Part shown: positions 6,851 through 15,565 of the stretch, piece by piece
How the letters are laid out: each line of letters opens with the position of its first letter
Numbering within the stretch: the first letter of the stretch is position 1
Virus record (IMG/VR): IMGVR_UViG_2846902752_000010
Reading direction: 5' to 3' (one strand)
DNA length: 20,000 nucleotides
DNA from: an uncultured virus (IMG/VR IMGVR_UViG_2846902752_000010)
Taxonomy: Duplodnaviria; Heunggongvirae; Uroviricota; Caudoviricetes
The notes under the pieces: generated by a model
The model's database searches: none
The model's input: the letters and a program-made list of their open reading frames with translations, nothing else
What the model was told of the DNA's origin: nothing
Made by a program: the position numbers and the translations under genes

Positions 6851-7070
6851 AGAATTTCCTTTAATTTTTTTGATTGCCATAAGGCATATGAGGTTTGTTT
6901 TTTATTTTTACTTATGGGAATTAATTAGAAGGAATTCGCAATGAAGTGGTATCGAGGATAACGCTAAATGGTGAACGACTTTAAACTGACTAGCATAAAT
7001 AGGCCTGTACTTCCAAACCAGTGACGCTATTAAGCCACAGATGATCACAAATAGCAAACTTTATTATTTT
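6851..7070 (-). promoter_or_regulatory. cspA-type promoter, cold box and long 5' UTR
   Basis: -35 TTGCTA (7057-7052), 17-nt spacer, -10 CTTAAT (7034-7029), AT-rich UP element, then GGTTTGGAAGTACAGGCC (cold-box-like) and ~170 nt of leader; same layout as E. coli cspA. Confidence 0.8.
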
Positions 7071-7146
7071 ATCCCTCAGATGTTACGTATCACTACACGT
7101 AAATCACGACTGATTTAAACAAATTATCTTATCTGTTTATCAACAT

Positions 7147-7172
7147 AAAAAAACCCCGTAAAAACGGGGTTT
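7147..7172 (-). terminator. tR'-like terminator
   Basis: AAACCCCGT-TTTT-ACGGGGTTT plus T run just downstream of pR'. Confidence 0.85.
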
Positions 7173-7204
7173 CAGTTTGCAATCAATACGACATAGAAAT
7201 AACT

Positions 7205-7240
7205 CTGATCACAATAGCGTCTTTTTTACGATCGTAAAGT
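7205..7240 (-). promoter_or_regulatory. Late promoter pR'/qut region
   Basis: TTTACGATCGTAAAAAAGACGCTATTGTGATCAGAGT at the end of Q, the usual position and style of lambdoid pR'. Confidence 0.6.
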
Positions 7241-7663
7241 ATTAATTTTTAAATCATGTAATTTGTTCATAAATGTCCGCATACCTCCACGATGTGATGT
7301 AGCGTCCATTTCCAGTTTTACATCTCCCATTATGAGCATTCCTTCCACCAGCCCTTCTGCCTTCTGGAGTTTTTTCCCTATGTGAGTGTCTGAGCACCCG
7401 TATTTCTTCGCCAACCGGATAAACGTTTTACCGAAAACATAGTAGTCAAAAAGCAGATCATGCATATCACTGTTACGGATATTCAGTTTTGCCATAATGC
7501 CGGATATCACCAGAGCATCATCATCACTGCATGATTGCCGACTCTTAACTTTTTCAGGGATCAGCCCTTTAAACCCGGCAGCTATTGGTGACCAATATAC
7601 TGATTCCTGATTATCAACAACCCAAGCCCCCCACCGTTCTAACACCTGGCGAATATCACGCAT
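7226..7663 (-). CDS. Q: Late antiterminator Q
   Basis: '[14 protein letters not shown]...[13 protein letters not shown]...CSDDD...KLQKAEG' family signature, located after nin genes. Confidence 0.92.
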   Translation of the reverse strand: MRDIRQVLERWGAWVVDNQESVYWSPIAAGFKGLIPEKVKSRQSCSDDDALVISGIMAKLNIRNSDMHDLLFDYYVFGKTFIRLAKKYGCSDTHIGKKLQKAEGLVEGMLIMGDVKLEMDATSHRGGMRTFMNKLHDLKINTLRS

Positions 7664-7783
7664 ACATTACCTCGTTATTTTGCAGGCTATGAGATTTAAT
7701 ATCTTCCGATAAAACAGAAATGACGCTTCCCGTATAGTTGCCCTGAAGAGTAGTGTTGCTCCAATGTTCCTCTCTCATTGTTC

Positions 7784-7963
7784 TCACTCCTGTATGCCTT
7801 TCATCTCGAACTCGGTCATAAGCACACCGATGTAGATTATGTACGCTTCGCACCAGGTATCCCGGTGAAACGTCCTGACTGTGTACCGGTTTATTTTCAA
7901 CTCAGTCGCCAGTGACGCCTGATTACCGTAGTGTTCAGGTATCGGTGTAATTTCAGGTCTCAC
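7784..7963 (-). CDS. ninH: NinH-like protein (59 aa, absent from the ORF track; short internal deletion relative to lambda NinH)
   Basis: GTG start; MRPEITPIPEHYGNQASLATELKINRYTVRTFHRD...IIYIGVLM resembles lambda NinH 'TIPDMLVEAYGNQTEVARRL...R.TVR...IVNDVLM'. Lies between ninG and Q. Confidence 0.75.
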   Translation of the reverse strand: MRPEITPIPEHYGNQASLATELKINRYTVRTFHRDTWCEAYIIYIGVLMTEFEMKGIQE

Positions 7964-8582
7964 GCTTTAACACCCTCACTTTCGCACGGTACTCATCGCG
8001 TATACGGATATAGTCTTCCCGCTTCCAGTGCGGTATCTCATGCGGACCGCGTAACCAGTCAACTAACTCCTGTCCAAATTTTTCAATCAGCCGTAACTCG
8101 TATTTCTGCGTTACAGTGTTATTTTTGTGTGAGAATTTACCGGCCCCCGCATTGCATGATTTACATTGCTTGTAGGCATTTCGCTCCTCAAACCGCAGCT
8201 CAGGATGTGACCCGACAGACAGAAAATGACCGCAGTCCCACTGCCCACCATGTAAATCAGGCGGATTAGGTTCACCACAGCTGATGCATGGTTCATCGCG
8301 GTCTCTGAGTCTGATGAATTGGTTAAACGCTGTTTGTGCTTGCTGCCTGAAATATGAGGTAGGTTTTACTGCTAACTTGCGGATTTTTAATTTATCTTTT
8401 GCTTCACGTTCTTTTTGCTGCTGCTCCTTTCTTAATTTGGCTTCAGCCTTTTCCCTTTCCCTGCTTCGTCGCTTTATTGCCAACTCAGCACCATGCTCCG
8501 GACAGCACCACCATTCGTTACTAAACTTCGGGTGAAACCAGTCGCGGCATATCAGGCATTTTCGCCTTGGCCACTTAACCAT
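7953..8582 (-). CDS. ninG: NinG/Rap recombination endonuclease
   Basis: CxxC...CCPEH zinc motif, 'FNQFIRLRD..PCISCG', 'WDCGHF' and 'ELRFEERN...QC..CN' (HNH-like). Confidence 0.93.
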   Translation of the reverse strand: MVKWPRRKCLICRDWFHPKFSNEWWCCPEHGAELAIKRRSREREKAEAKLRKEQQQKEREAKDKLKIRKLAVKPTSYFRQQAQTAFNQFIRLRDRDEPCISCGEPNPPDLHGGQWDCGHFLSVGSHPELRFEERNAYKQCKSCNAGAGKFSHKNNTVTQKYELRLIEKFGQELVDWLRGPHEIPHWKREDYIRIRDEYRAKVRVLKRET

Positions 8583-8691
8583 ACTCCTCCTTCAGTTCGA
8601 TAAATATATGATTGCAAAAAACTTCGATTAACGGCGATAAAGTGTTCTACTATTAATGATGAGATGTTAATTCTTCATAAAGGAGTTGGTT

Positions 8692-9135
8692 ATGCATAAA
8701 GTTATTCTTGTACCTATAGACCTAAATCATAACTATTTGACCGACAAGGTCATTTCTGAAATCAATGAATTCTCAGTAAATAAAAATACACATTTTTATT
8801 TCTTGACGGTCATTTCCCCCGCCGAAAAATATAATGAGTATGGTGTTGGATACCCGATGATCACTGAAGATACAAAATTCGAAGATGAAACATCTAAGAC
8901 CATTGAAAAAGAACTAAAAGAAGTTGTAAGTAAATTCAGTATCCCCGATAACCAGGTATCCCTGCTCGTTAAGATTGGTAGTGCTGCCGACATCATAATC
9001 GACGTATCTCAACAGATTAAAGCTGACCTTATTATTATTGGCTCCCGCAATCCAAGCTTTAAAACACATATCCTTGGTTCAACTGCTTCATCGTTAGCAC
9101 ATTACGCAAAAACATCCGTATTTATAGTAAGATAA
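8692..9135 (+). CDS. Second universal stress protein (UspF/G-like), inserted antisense in the nin region
   Basis: 'MHKVILVPID', 'ADLIIIGSRNP', 'LGSTASSLAHYAKTSVFIVR'; SD AAGGAG. Confidence 0.93.
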   Translation: MHKVILVPIDLNHNYLTDKVISEINEFSVNKNTHFYFLTVISPAEKYNEYGVGYPMITEDTKFEDETSKTIEKELKEVVSKFSIPDNQVSLLVKIGSAADIIIDVSQQIKADLIIIGSRNPSFKTHILGSTASSLAHYAKTSVFIVR

Positions 9136-9162
9136 CGCATGTTACGCTGCGGGAAACTGTCT

Positions 9163-9573
9163 TTATAAACAGCGCACTTCCCGCAGCATTGCGTCCATCC
9201 TGGTTATAATCGACTGTCCGAAACCCGGCTCAATGTATGCTTTGCTGACCACCTTTCCGCAAAATTCGATTCGCTTTCTCTCACTCTGCTCACCACCCGG
9301 CATTAACTCACCACGGGAATCACAAACGTAGCGATACAGCCTGGTGACAGCATCCGGCGATATAGCAAATAACGGACTCACATGGCGGTTATGCCTCGTT
9401 ATACCAACCTTTCGCAAACATCCGATATACAGCATTTTGTTGGTAAACCACTTAATGAACTCTGTCGAGTTTCCTGTGCGCAGTCCGGCCTCGTGATTGG
9501 TGAACGAATCCAGATCGCGACATGCCCTGATTATGTCAACGCATACTTTGAATTGTTCGTCATTCATCGCCAC
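9163..9573 (-). CDS. Phage hypothetical protein (possible winged helix)
   Basis: 136-aa ORF overlapping its upstream neighbour in the nin operon. Confidence 0.65.
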   Translation of the reverse strand: MAMNDEQFKVCVDIIRACRDLDSFTNHEAGLRTGNSTEFIKWFTNKMLYIGCLRKVGITRHNRHVSPLFAISPDAVTRLYRYVCDSRGELMPGGEQSERKRIEFCGKVVSKAYIEPGFGQSIITRMDAMLREVRCL

Positions 9574-9761
9574 ATCCTGTTAATCATTGCCCGTGGTGTT
9601 GGTTTCAGATATCTGACTACCGGCAGATACACGGTGACGTCGAAATACTGAGGATTGATATTCAGTGATTTCACCGGGTTATACCCCTTACGCCTGTAGT
9701 AAATGCAGAGATTATCGGCTTCGTCATTGGTGAGAAGTCGGTGTATGTGCTGTTCTTTCAT
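9564..9761 (-). CDS. Phage hypothetical protein
   Basis: 65-aa ORF with SD, tightly packed between ninB and the next gene. Confidence 0.65.
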   Translation of the reverse strand: MKEQHIHRLLTNDEADNLCIYYRRKGYNPVKSLNINPQYFDVTVYLPVVRYLKPTPRAMINRMWR

Positions 9762-9772
9762 ACGTCCTGCTC

Positions 9773-10216
9773 CTATTCCTGATGTCCGTAATGATTAAAC
9801 CTGTATCGCGCGGCGCGGGGTTTTATACCTTCACCTATAGCCCACGCCTGCGAATATTCGATTAAGCTTGTCATGCGCTTCTTACTCATGTTTGCGGTAC
9901 TTTCTCTTGCCAGTGGTACAATCTCTCCCTCAAGTCCCGGAATAAGCGTCCCGTCACGGCCTGTCGCCTTTGCATGTCCGGATACGAAAATACATTTCCA
10001 GTCCTGCAATCCCCACGTATTACCAGCCCATACAATGCCCTGCTCTGCTACGTTGCCGCACAGCGCATGAAACATGTCATTTTGGGGAAGGGTTCGCTTC
10101 GGATCGGATATTTTTACTTCGAGGGGGAATTCTTCGTTAAGCGGGAGATTGTCGAGCTCTGCCTTGAGATTTCTGAGTATCTGTATATTCCTGAGAAGGA
10201 ATGTCTGTTTTTGCAT
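9773..10216 (-). CDS. ninB: NinB (Orf) recombination protein
   Basis: 'KRTLPQND.FHAL', 'DWK..F', 'PGLEGE.V' and 'ST..M.K..M..LIEY..AW'; SD AGGAGG. Confidence 0.9.
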   Translation of the reverse strand: MQKQTFLLRNIQILRNLKAELDNLPLNEEFPLEVKISDPKRTLPQNDMFHALCGNVAEQGIVWAGNTWGLQDWKCIFVSGHAKATGRDGTLIPGLEGEIVPLARESTANMSKKRMTSLIEYSQAWAIGEGIKPRAARYRFNHYGHQE

Positions 10217-10237
10217 TCAGCCTCCTGAGGTTATCGG

Positions 10238-10266
10238 TTGCCGTTAGTTTCTTGCGGGTGTATTTT
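10238..10266 (+). promoter_or_regulatory. Candidate sigma70 promoter for the tRNA pair
   Basis: TTGCCG-17 nt-TATTTT ending 9 nt before tRNA-Lys. Confidence 0.5.
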
Positions 10267-10275
10267 AATTTCATC

Positions 10276-10351
<76 letters not shown>

Positions 10352-10353
10352 TT

Positions 10354-10428
<75 letters not shown>

Positions 10429-10464
10429 ATCATTTCAAAAAGTCTCCTGTCCTGGGTTATGACG

Positions 10465-11193
10465 CTACTTAACCTGCCTGCGGAAGCTTTCCCATGTGAA
10501 ATTGATAACGGTCGGCGAACCCATTCTCAGGCGGTCAATAACCCGATCACCCAATGCTTTTGCCAGTTCGTCAAAATTGAGATTGGTCAGCACACCTACC
10601 GGTTTTTTATTCGATAACCGGCGGTCTACCACCTGAAAAATAATCAGTTCTTCGTTCAGGTTATTGCGCTGCACGCCAACATCATCCAGCACCAGTAAAT
10701 CCACTTCACACAGGTCGCTGATCAGCTGCGACTCAGTAGTTTTTGCCCCTTTCTGGTATGTCTCACGGACACGCATCATCAGGTCTGGCAGAGTGGCAAT
10801 CAGAATGCTTTTCCCGTTCCGGATTATCTGGTTGCCGATAGCCGCTGCCAGATGGTTTTTACCGGTGCCGGGATTACCGCTGAAAATAAATCCGCCAAAT
10901 GATTTACCAAACTCAGATGCGTACTGCTGTGATTTACTGAGTGCCCGCTGTTGTTCCGGCGTTGTCACCAGATAGTTCTCAAACGTGCATTCCTGGTGTA
11001 ACGGGCTGATACCGGAACGCCCCATGATTTTATGCAGTCGAGCCACACGGTTTTCGTCAGCAATCCGTTTCGCATCGATAGCGCCCTGCTCACGCTGCCA
11101 CGCCATCAGCTCAGCGGCATTCGTGAATTTTGGCTTGATGTGCTCCGGCTTCATGCGGTTAAACCTCGCCAGAGTCTGTGCTGCTGTTGCCAT
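10465..11193 (-). CDS. DnaC/IstB-like helicase loader ATPase
   Basis: Walker A 'GNPGTGKNHLA', Walker B 'LLVLDDVG', 'TNL' and 'GDRVIDRL'; coupled to O. Confidence 0.93.
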   Translation of the reverse strand: MATAAQTLARFNRMKPEHIKPKFTNAAELMAWQREQGAIDAKRIADENRVARLHKIMGRSGISPLHQECTFENYLVTTPEQQRALSKSQQYASEFGKSFGGFIFSGNPGTGKNHLAAAIGNQIIRNGKSILIATLPDLMMRVRETYQKGAKTTESQLISDLCEVDLLVLDDVGVQRNNLNEELIIFQVVDRRLSNKKPVGVLTNLNFDELAKALGDRVIDRLRMGSPTVINFTWESFRRQVK

Positions 11194-11984
11194 CAGAAGT
11201 CCTCCGGTATGAATTGCTGAACACGCTTAGGCCGGACAATGCGCGGCCGTGTTGGTGGTGATTTCGGCATAAACAAGCCAGTCCAGCCGTTTGATATCGA
11301 TTCGTCGATTACGCTCTCAGGTGTATACCCTGCCTCGTAAAATTTAGTCAGCCTGGATATCAGCCCGTTTAGTGTCTGTTTTGTCTTGATCGGTTTTTTC
11401 AGATCTTTCCGGTAGGTAACCCAGTTCACCCAGGTATCACGGCTCAACCAGTCAGGCAGCTGGTGTGCATTTGCATCAAAGGGTTCTGGCTTTGCCGGTT
11501 TTTCAGGTTTAGGGGATATAGGGGTATATATATTTTCTTTTTTCTTTAAAGTATTTCTTTTGTGTGTCTCCAAACCAGAGACATCATTTGTCTCTAACTT
11601 AGAGACTTTTTTTGTCTCCAGATTAGAGACAGTGTCTCTAAGTTGATTTTTCCACGCCGAAACCTCCTTGTTAACCCCAATCTTATTGCCATCTTTCACG
11701 ATGTAATTCATTGAAATTAATTCGTTCTTTGCCTTGTTAACGTTCTGACGGGACAGGCCGGTAATTTCTGACAGCTGAGAATCTGCTATCCGGTCATTTT
11801 TCTTCCCGAACCCGTATGTTTTTCTGATCAGTGCCAACATTACCCGGAACTGTCTGGCTGTCAGATTGCAGCATGAAAGAGACTCCAGCAGTTCGTTGGC
11901 GAGTTTAGTGTAACCATCGTCCAGGTCTGCCACTCGTGGTTGCTCCTGCTTAACAGGGAATTCATACACTTCCGCTGTATTCAT
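11193..11984 (-). CDS. Replication initiator O-like protein
   Basis: 'VADLDDGYTKLANELLE...LTARQFRV...RKTYGF.KK.D.I' lambda O N-terminal signature with internal iterons. SD GGAGG favours ATG 11984 over 11996. Confidence 0.92.
   Translation of the reverse strand: MNTAEVYEFPVKQEQPRVADLDDGYTKLANELLESLSCCNLTARQFRVMLALIRKTYGFGKKNDRIADSQLSEITGLSRQNVNKAKNELISMNYIVKDGNKIGVNKEVSAWKNQLRDTVSNLETKKVSKLETNDVSGLETHKRNTLKKKENIYTPISPKPEKPAKPEPFDANAHQLPDWLSRDTWVNWVTYRKDLKKPIKTKQTLNGLISRLTKFYEAGYTPESVIDESISNGWTGLFMPKSPPTRPRIVRPKRVQQFIPEDF
11525..11642. repeat. Phage origin: palindromic iterons plus AT-rich unwinding tract
   Basis: TGTCTC-N7-GAGAC at 11565, 11589 and 11613 (24-bp period), a half site at 11633, and an adjacent A/T tract at 11525-11560. 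Confidence 0.85.
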
Positions 11985-12088
11985 AGCGACCTCCATATCT
12001 TTGTTTTGTAATTACTTTCATGTATAATTACTCCGTTAATTGCTGTATCAAAAAAGGGAAACTTTATGTTTCCCTCTTTTCAACAACA

Positions 12089-12104
12089 CTGGCTATTGAT
12101 ACAG
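12089..12104. promoter_or_regulatory. LexA (SOS) box at the oop promoter position
   Basis: CTG-GCTATTGATA-CAG (CTG-N10-CAG), immediately followed by a -10-like TATAAA on the + strand. Confidence 0.75.
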
Positions 12105-12114
12105 TATAAATATT

Positions 12115-12167
12115 AAGTGCTTTTCTTAATGCGCCTCTGCTGCTCCAACAGTCGGGGCATTTTCTTT
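12115..12167 (+). ncRNA. oop-like antisense RNA to the cII 3' end
   Basis: Located between cII and O, downstream of the promoter/LexA box; ends in an imperfect hairpin (12129-12160) and TTTCTTT. Confidence 0.5.
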
Positions 12168-12452
12168 GATTCTCATCTGAGAGAGTTCACCAATCTGCTT
12201 CCACAGAAACCGATACTCCTCCTCACTGATTTTTCTTTCGCCAGGCAAAACAAAATCCCTGATACCGGCTGCGGCCAATGTCTCGCATATCTCCGGTAAC
12301 TTTTCTGTTCTGCGCAGGATTGTTGAATCGTGAACACCGAGTAGTTTTGCAACGACCGTCTGTGTGGTGTTTCTGATTGCCTGATGAGCGGTTGTCATCA
12401 GATGATTTGACACAAACCGGTTGAACGATTTGCGTGGATTTGCATTTTCCAT
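12126..12452 (-). CDS. cII: CII-like transcription activator
   Basis: HTH 'QTVVAKLLGVHDSTILR'; lies between cro and O; C-terminal 'KENAP'. Confidence 0.8.
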   Translation of the reverse strand: MENANPRKSFNRFVSNHLMTTAHQAIRNTTQTVVAKLLGVHDSTILRRTEKLPEICETLAAAGIRDFVLPGERKISEEEYRFLWKQIGELSQMRIKENAPTVGAAEAH

Positions 12453-12520
12453 AATGTAAATTCCTTTTGGTATAGATAGTCCGTAGCTCACATCCTGTGA
12501 GGTAGTTTTATATGTAAATC

Positions 12521-12575
12521 GTCACTTTATCAGTGACTCCGTAGCAGCTAACAGCTCTGCGATTGTTAAAGAACC
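12521..12575 (-). promoter_or_regulatory. nutR (boxA and boxB)
   Basis: boxA GGTTCTTTAACAA (12575-12563) and boxB GTCACT-GATAA-AGTGAC (12537-12521). Confidence 0.85.
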
Positions 12576-12582
12576 AGGGTAA

Positions 12583-12792
12583 CTACATATACCTCTGCGG
12601 ATACAAAATCTGCATTTCAGTGATTTTTTTTTCGTAAAATTTCACCAATTTTTCAGCAATCTCAAGTGATGCCGTCTGAGCGCCACGCTCCAAACGACTG
12701 AGGTTCCCGACATCGTAGTTAATTGCGGCCGCCACCTCTGCAATTGTTAATTGCTTTTCCAAACGAATTTTCCTTAAAGGCGTTATTTGCAT
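12583..12792 (-). CDS. cro: Cro-like repressor
   Basis: 69-aa XRE HTH 'LTIAEVAAAINYDVGNLSRLERG', divergent from cI. Confidence 0.9.
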   Translation of the reverse strand: MQITPLRKIRLEKQLTIAEVAAAINYDVGNLSRLERGAQTASLEIAEKLVKFYEKKITEMQILYPQRYM

Positions 12793-12809
12793 ATCTCACT
12801 CCACCTTGA

Positions 12810-12871
12810 ATGCGCCATACGCATATTAACATATACTTTGATATGCGCAATACGCTTTGTGTGAGACGCAT
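12810..12871. promoter_or_regulatory. OR operators with pR/pRM
   Basis: Three 15-bp sites of type ATGCG-N5-CGCAT at 12810, 12843 and 12857, matching the OL sites. Confidence 0.8.
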
Positions 12872-12882
12872 AAATAAAGTTG

Positions 12883-13539
12883 AATGATAATATGAAAATA
12901 GGAACAAAAATTAGAGCTCTCAGAAAACAGAAGGGATTAACAATCCTGCAATTAGCCACTGCTATTGATAGCGACGTGGGGAATATCTCTCGCCTTGAAA
13001 GGAATATCCAAGGCTACTCCGAGAGCACATTAACAAAAATTGCGGCTGCTCTTGGTGTCACGGTAGCCGACCTATTCTCCGATACCACTACACAGCAACA
13101 AGATGATAATGTTGAGTTTGTTGGATTCGTCCCCAATGGCATGGTTAAAGTAGTTGGGGAAGCATTCCTGGGGATTGATGGCGCAGTGGATATGATAGAG
13201 GCCCTTGAGGGATGGGTTCAAATTTACAGCGATGATAAGGACGCTTATGCCCTCAAAGTTAAGGGTGACAGTATGTGGCCCAGGATTCAGTCAGGTGAGT
13301 ATGTGGTTGTTGAGCCCAACACAGTAGTCAGATCCGGCGATGAGGTCTTTGTGCGCACTGTTGAAGGTAAGAATATGGTAAAAATACTGAATAAAACCAG
13401 AGATGGTAGTTACCAATTCACCAGCGTCAACAATACTCACCCGCCAATCACAGTTGATCCACGTGAAGTGGAAAAAATGCATTATGTGGCAGCGATTGTA
13501 AAGCCGACTAAGTTTATCGATAAGTGCGAACAATCATAA
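12883..13539 (+). CDS. cI: CI-type repressor (HTH plus S24 autopeptidase)
   Basis: N-terminal XRE HTH with the same recognition helix as Cro (DVGNISRLER), 'VKGDSMWP' catalytic Ser motif and 'VK' Lys. Start is 12883 or 12892. Confidence 0.95.
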   Translation, partial: NDNMKIGTKIRALRKQKGLTILQLATAIDSDVGNISRLERNIQGYSESTLTKIAAALGVTVADLFSDTTTQQQDDNVEFVGFVPNGMVKVVGEAFLGIDGAVDMIEALEGWVQIYSDDKDAYALKVKGDSMWPRIQSGEYVVVEPNTVVRSGDEVFVRTVEGKNMVKILNKTRDGSYQFTSVNNTHPPITVDPREVEKMHYVAAIVKPTKFIDKCEQS

Positions 13540-13577
13540 GCCAGTACTGATAATCAAACGAGTTCTAAGGACAAACT

Positions 13578-13919
13578 ATGGCATTCAATGACACTGAAGT
13601 CGTACAAATTAAACAATGTATGAACTATTTCATGGAAAAGCGTCGTCCACCAAAGCATATCCGAGATGAACATGACCTTCAGTATCGTATTGAAGACGAT
13701 AGCGTAATCATTTTCGAGGTTAGACAACTGTCCTGGAGTACCGGGCGTGCAGAAGAAATGCTGGCCAAAATAACAAACAACAGGAACAGCAACTCGTGGT
13801 CCCTGTTCTGGTCTACTGATAATAATGAATGGCGACACTACGACGGCCGAATGATAGGCAGTTTTTCTGACGCAATAAAAATTATTGATGAAGATGCAAA
13901 TCATCGATTCTTTGGCTGA
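13578..13919 (+). CDS. DUF3024-family protein, downstream of cI
   Basis: 'RPPKHIRDE.DL.YRIED.SV.IFEVR...AKI...W.LFW...W..Y...IDED...FFG' pattern. Confidence 0.75.
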   Translation: MAFNDTEVVQIKQCMNYFMEKRRPPKHIRDEHDLQYRIEDDSVIIFEVRQLSWSTGRAEEMLAKITNNRNSNSWSLFWSTDNNEWRHYDGRMIGSFSDAIKIIDEDANHRFFG

Positions 13920-14070
13920 CAGCCTGATGACATATTTTAAAGTAAGGTGGTAGGTATAGAAATACATAATAAGGATATGACAGTGATAAAAGTTGGCAGG
14001 GCTATCCTGGCGGTGAACGCATAGGTGAAGGGCAGCATAACCCCAGCCCTCCCCGCGAGAGCTTTTTGTA

Positions 14071-14268
14071 TCAGTTATCGCTCATCAGGTCGATAGCAAC
14101 CTCATAGACCTCATTCATAAACCTGTCTATTTCTTGTTCTTTATGGGAGTACAGCAATTGCCTGATATTTCCTTTCGTTATCATCTGCCGTGAATCCAGT
14201 AACATAATAGCCGCTCTGCCTGTTACTCTGCATACTTCACTGTAAATCAGTTCTCGTTCGTCACTCAT
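14071..14268 (-). CDS. Hypothetical protein
   Basis: 65-aa ORF with SD GAGGTG. Confidence 0.6.
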   Translation of the reverse strand: MSDERELIYSEVCRVTGRAAIMLLDSRQMITKGNIRQLLYSHKEQEIDRFMNEVYEVAIDLMSDN

Positions 14269-14456
14269 TCATCACCTCTGTATATTTATTCAACAATAAC
14301 ATCCGTAGCAGCGCTTGGACAGAAAATAATTGTATATTTTTTGTTCCACTTCATGTGATCTACGCCAGATTTTGACGATTTTAAAAAAGATAAATCATTA
14401 ATAAAATCAACAATATAAATATATTAAATCTTATCTAACATTACCCAAGCCTAAAT

Positions 14457-14491
14457 ATGCGCTTGACGCATTTGCGTCAAATGCATATTAT
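14457..14491 (+). promoter_or_regulatory. pL promoter and OL operators
   Basis: TTGACG (14463)-17 nt-TATTAT (14486), overlapped by ATGCGCTTGACGCAT and TTGCGTCAAATGCAT. Confidence 0.88.
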
Positions 14492-14521
14492 CATATCCAT
14501 CAACGGAACACAGCACGTTGG

Positions 14522-14588
14522 CGCTCTTTAAAAACGATGATAGCGAGCTGTGCATTGGCTGTCAGAACGGTGACGCTGATAAAGCGTC
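14522..14588 (+). promoter_or_regulatory. nutL (boxA and boxB)
   Basis: boxA CGCTCTTTAAAA and boxB GACGCT-GATAA-AGCGTC (P22-like loop, identical to the nutR loop). Confidence 0.88.
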
Positions 14589-14664
14589 AACCTTCTCAGA
14601 AGGTTTCGGGATTGAAGCAAAGCATGATTGTACCAATCACCAAAGCCGACTGTTTGGAGGAAAT

Positions 14665-14973
14665 ATGGCAATAATCATAGTGAAAAAATCACGCAAGCCT
14701 GAATTTTTACGTGGCAACTCAGCAAACAGGCGTCACGCCAGGAGAAAGGCTGAAGCGATTGCCACCAAAAATGTAAAAATGAAGTTGGAGGAAATATTCA
14801 GAACTGAACCGGACAAAAGCCCAATGAGCCGAGTAGAAAAAGCCACATCAGCATGCAGTACACCGATTTACGATTCACCGGATAACTGCTGCTTAAACAC
14901 TACTGCCCTGTATTCAACTAAGCGATATAATTCAAAACCAAAAACAGAATTTGGCATCACGGCCAGAGCATAG
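14665..14973 (+). CDS. N: Early antiterminator N
   Basis: Arginine-rich motif 'GNSANRRHARRKAEA', SD GGAGG, first gene after nutL. Confidence 0.88.
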   Translation: MAIIIVKKSRKPEFLRGNSANRRHARRKAEAIATKNVKMKLEEIFRTEPDKSPMSRVEKATSACSTPIYDSPDNCCLNTTALYSTKRYNSKPKTEFGITARA

Positions 14974-15001
14974 CCCATCCTATGAATGGGCTGACCAAGT
15001 A

Positions 15002-15211
15002 TTACTTAAGGTAGAGCAAGTCCAGTGCTGCTTTCTCTGCATCTTCTGGCTCATCAAATGACTCCAGAATGTGCGGGTACCTTGCTGCCTGACTCAAACT
15101 TTTAATATTTTTCTCAATTTCGGATTTTTGCTCGGTAGTCAGCGCGTCAAAAATTGATTTCAGCAAAATATGCTGCGCGTCCAGACGCTTTGCAATCACT
15201 TCATTATTCAT
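15002..15211 (-). CDS. Hypothetical protein antisense to the pL operon
   Basis: 69-aa helical ORF converging on the hairpin after N. Confidence 0.6.
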   Translation of the reverse strand: MNNEVIAKRLDAQHILLKSIFDALTTEQKSEIEKNIKSLSQAARYPHILESFDEPEDAEKAALDLLYLK

Positions 15212-15565
15212 CTTATTTATCTCATTTTATAGGGTTAAAAGCATCTTAACGGATTTCTATCTGTAACACACGGTGCCTCATCTGATATGGTTAAAAGCAG
15301 ACACTTCACCCCATCACATTTACGGTGGATGTTAGGTTAAATAAAACAGGAGATGGATATGACGTGTAGCAATAAGTACTGCATCGACTGAATTGAGCTC
15401 ATCACATGTTGCTCAGGCAGAGGCGTATGCCGGAAGCTGCTGCAAAGAGTGCAACAATGAGAACATAGAGCCAACAGATAAAAGCATTTTTGATTACCTA
15501 AAATATATCGGGTGTCTTGGCGTCTGACAGCCCAGGAGACGAGCACCCAGTCAGTAATCTGAAAT

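Noticed and set aside
7656..7853. 65-aa ORF upstream of Q
   Set aside because: Its 5' part overlaps the better-supported NinH-like gene; the remaining 40 codons have no support beyond an SD.
14518..14664. 49-aa N-terminal extension of N in the ORF track
   Set aside because: It overlaps nutL; the SD GGAGG supports ATG 14665.
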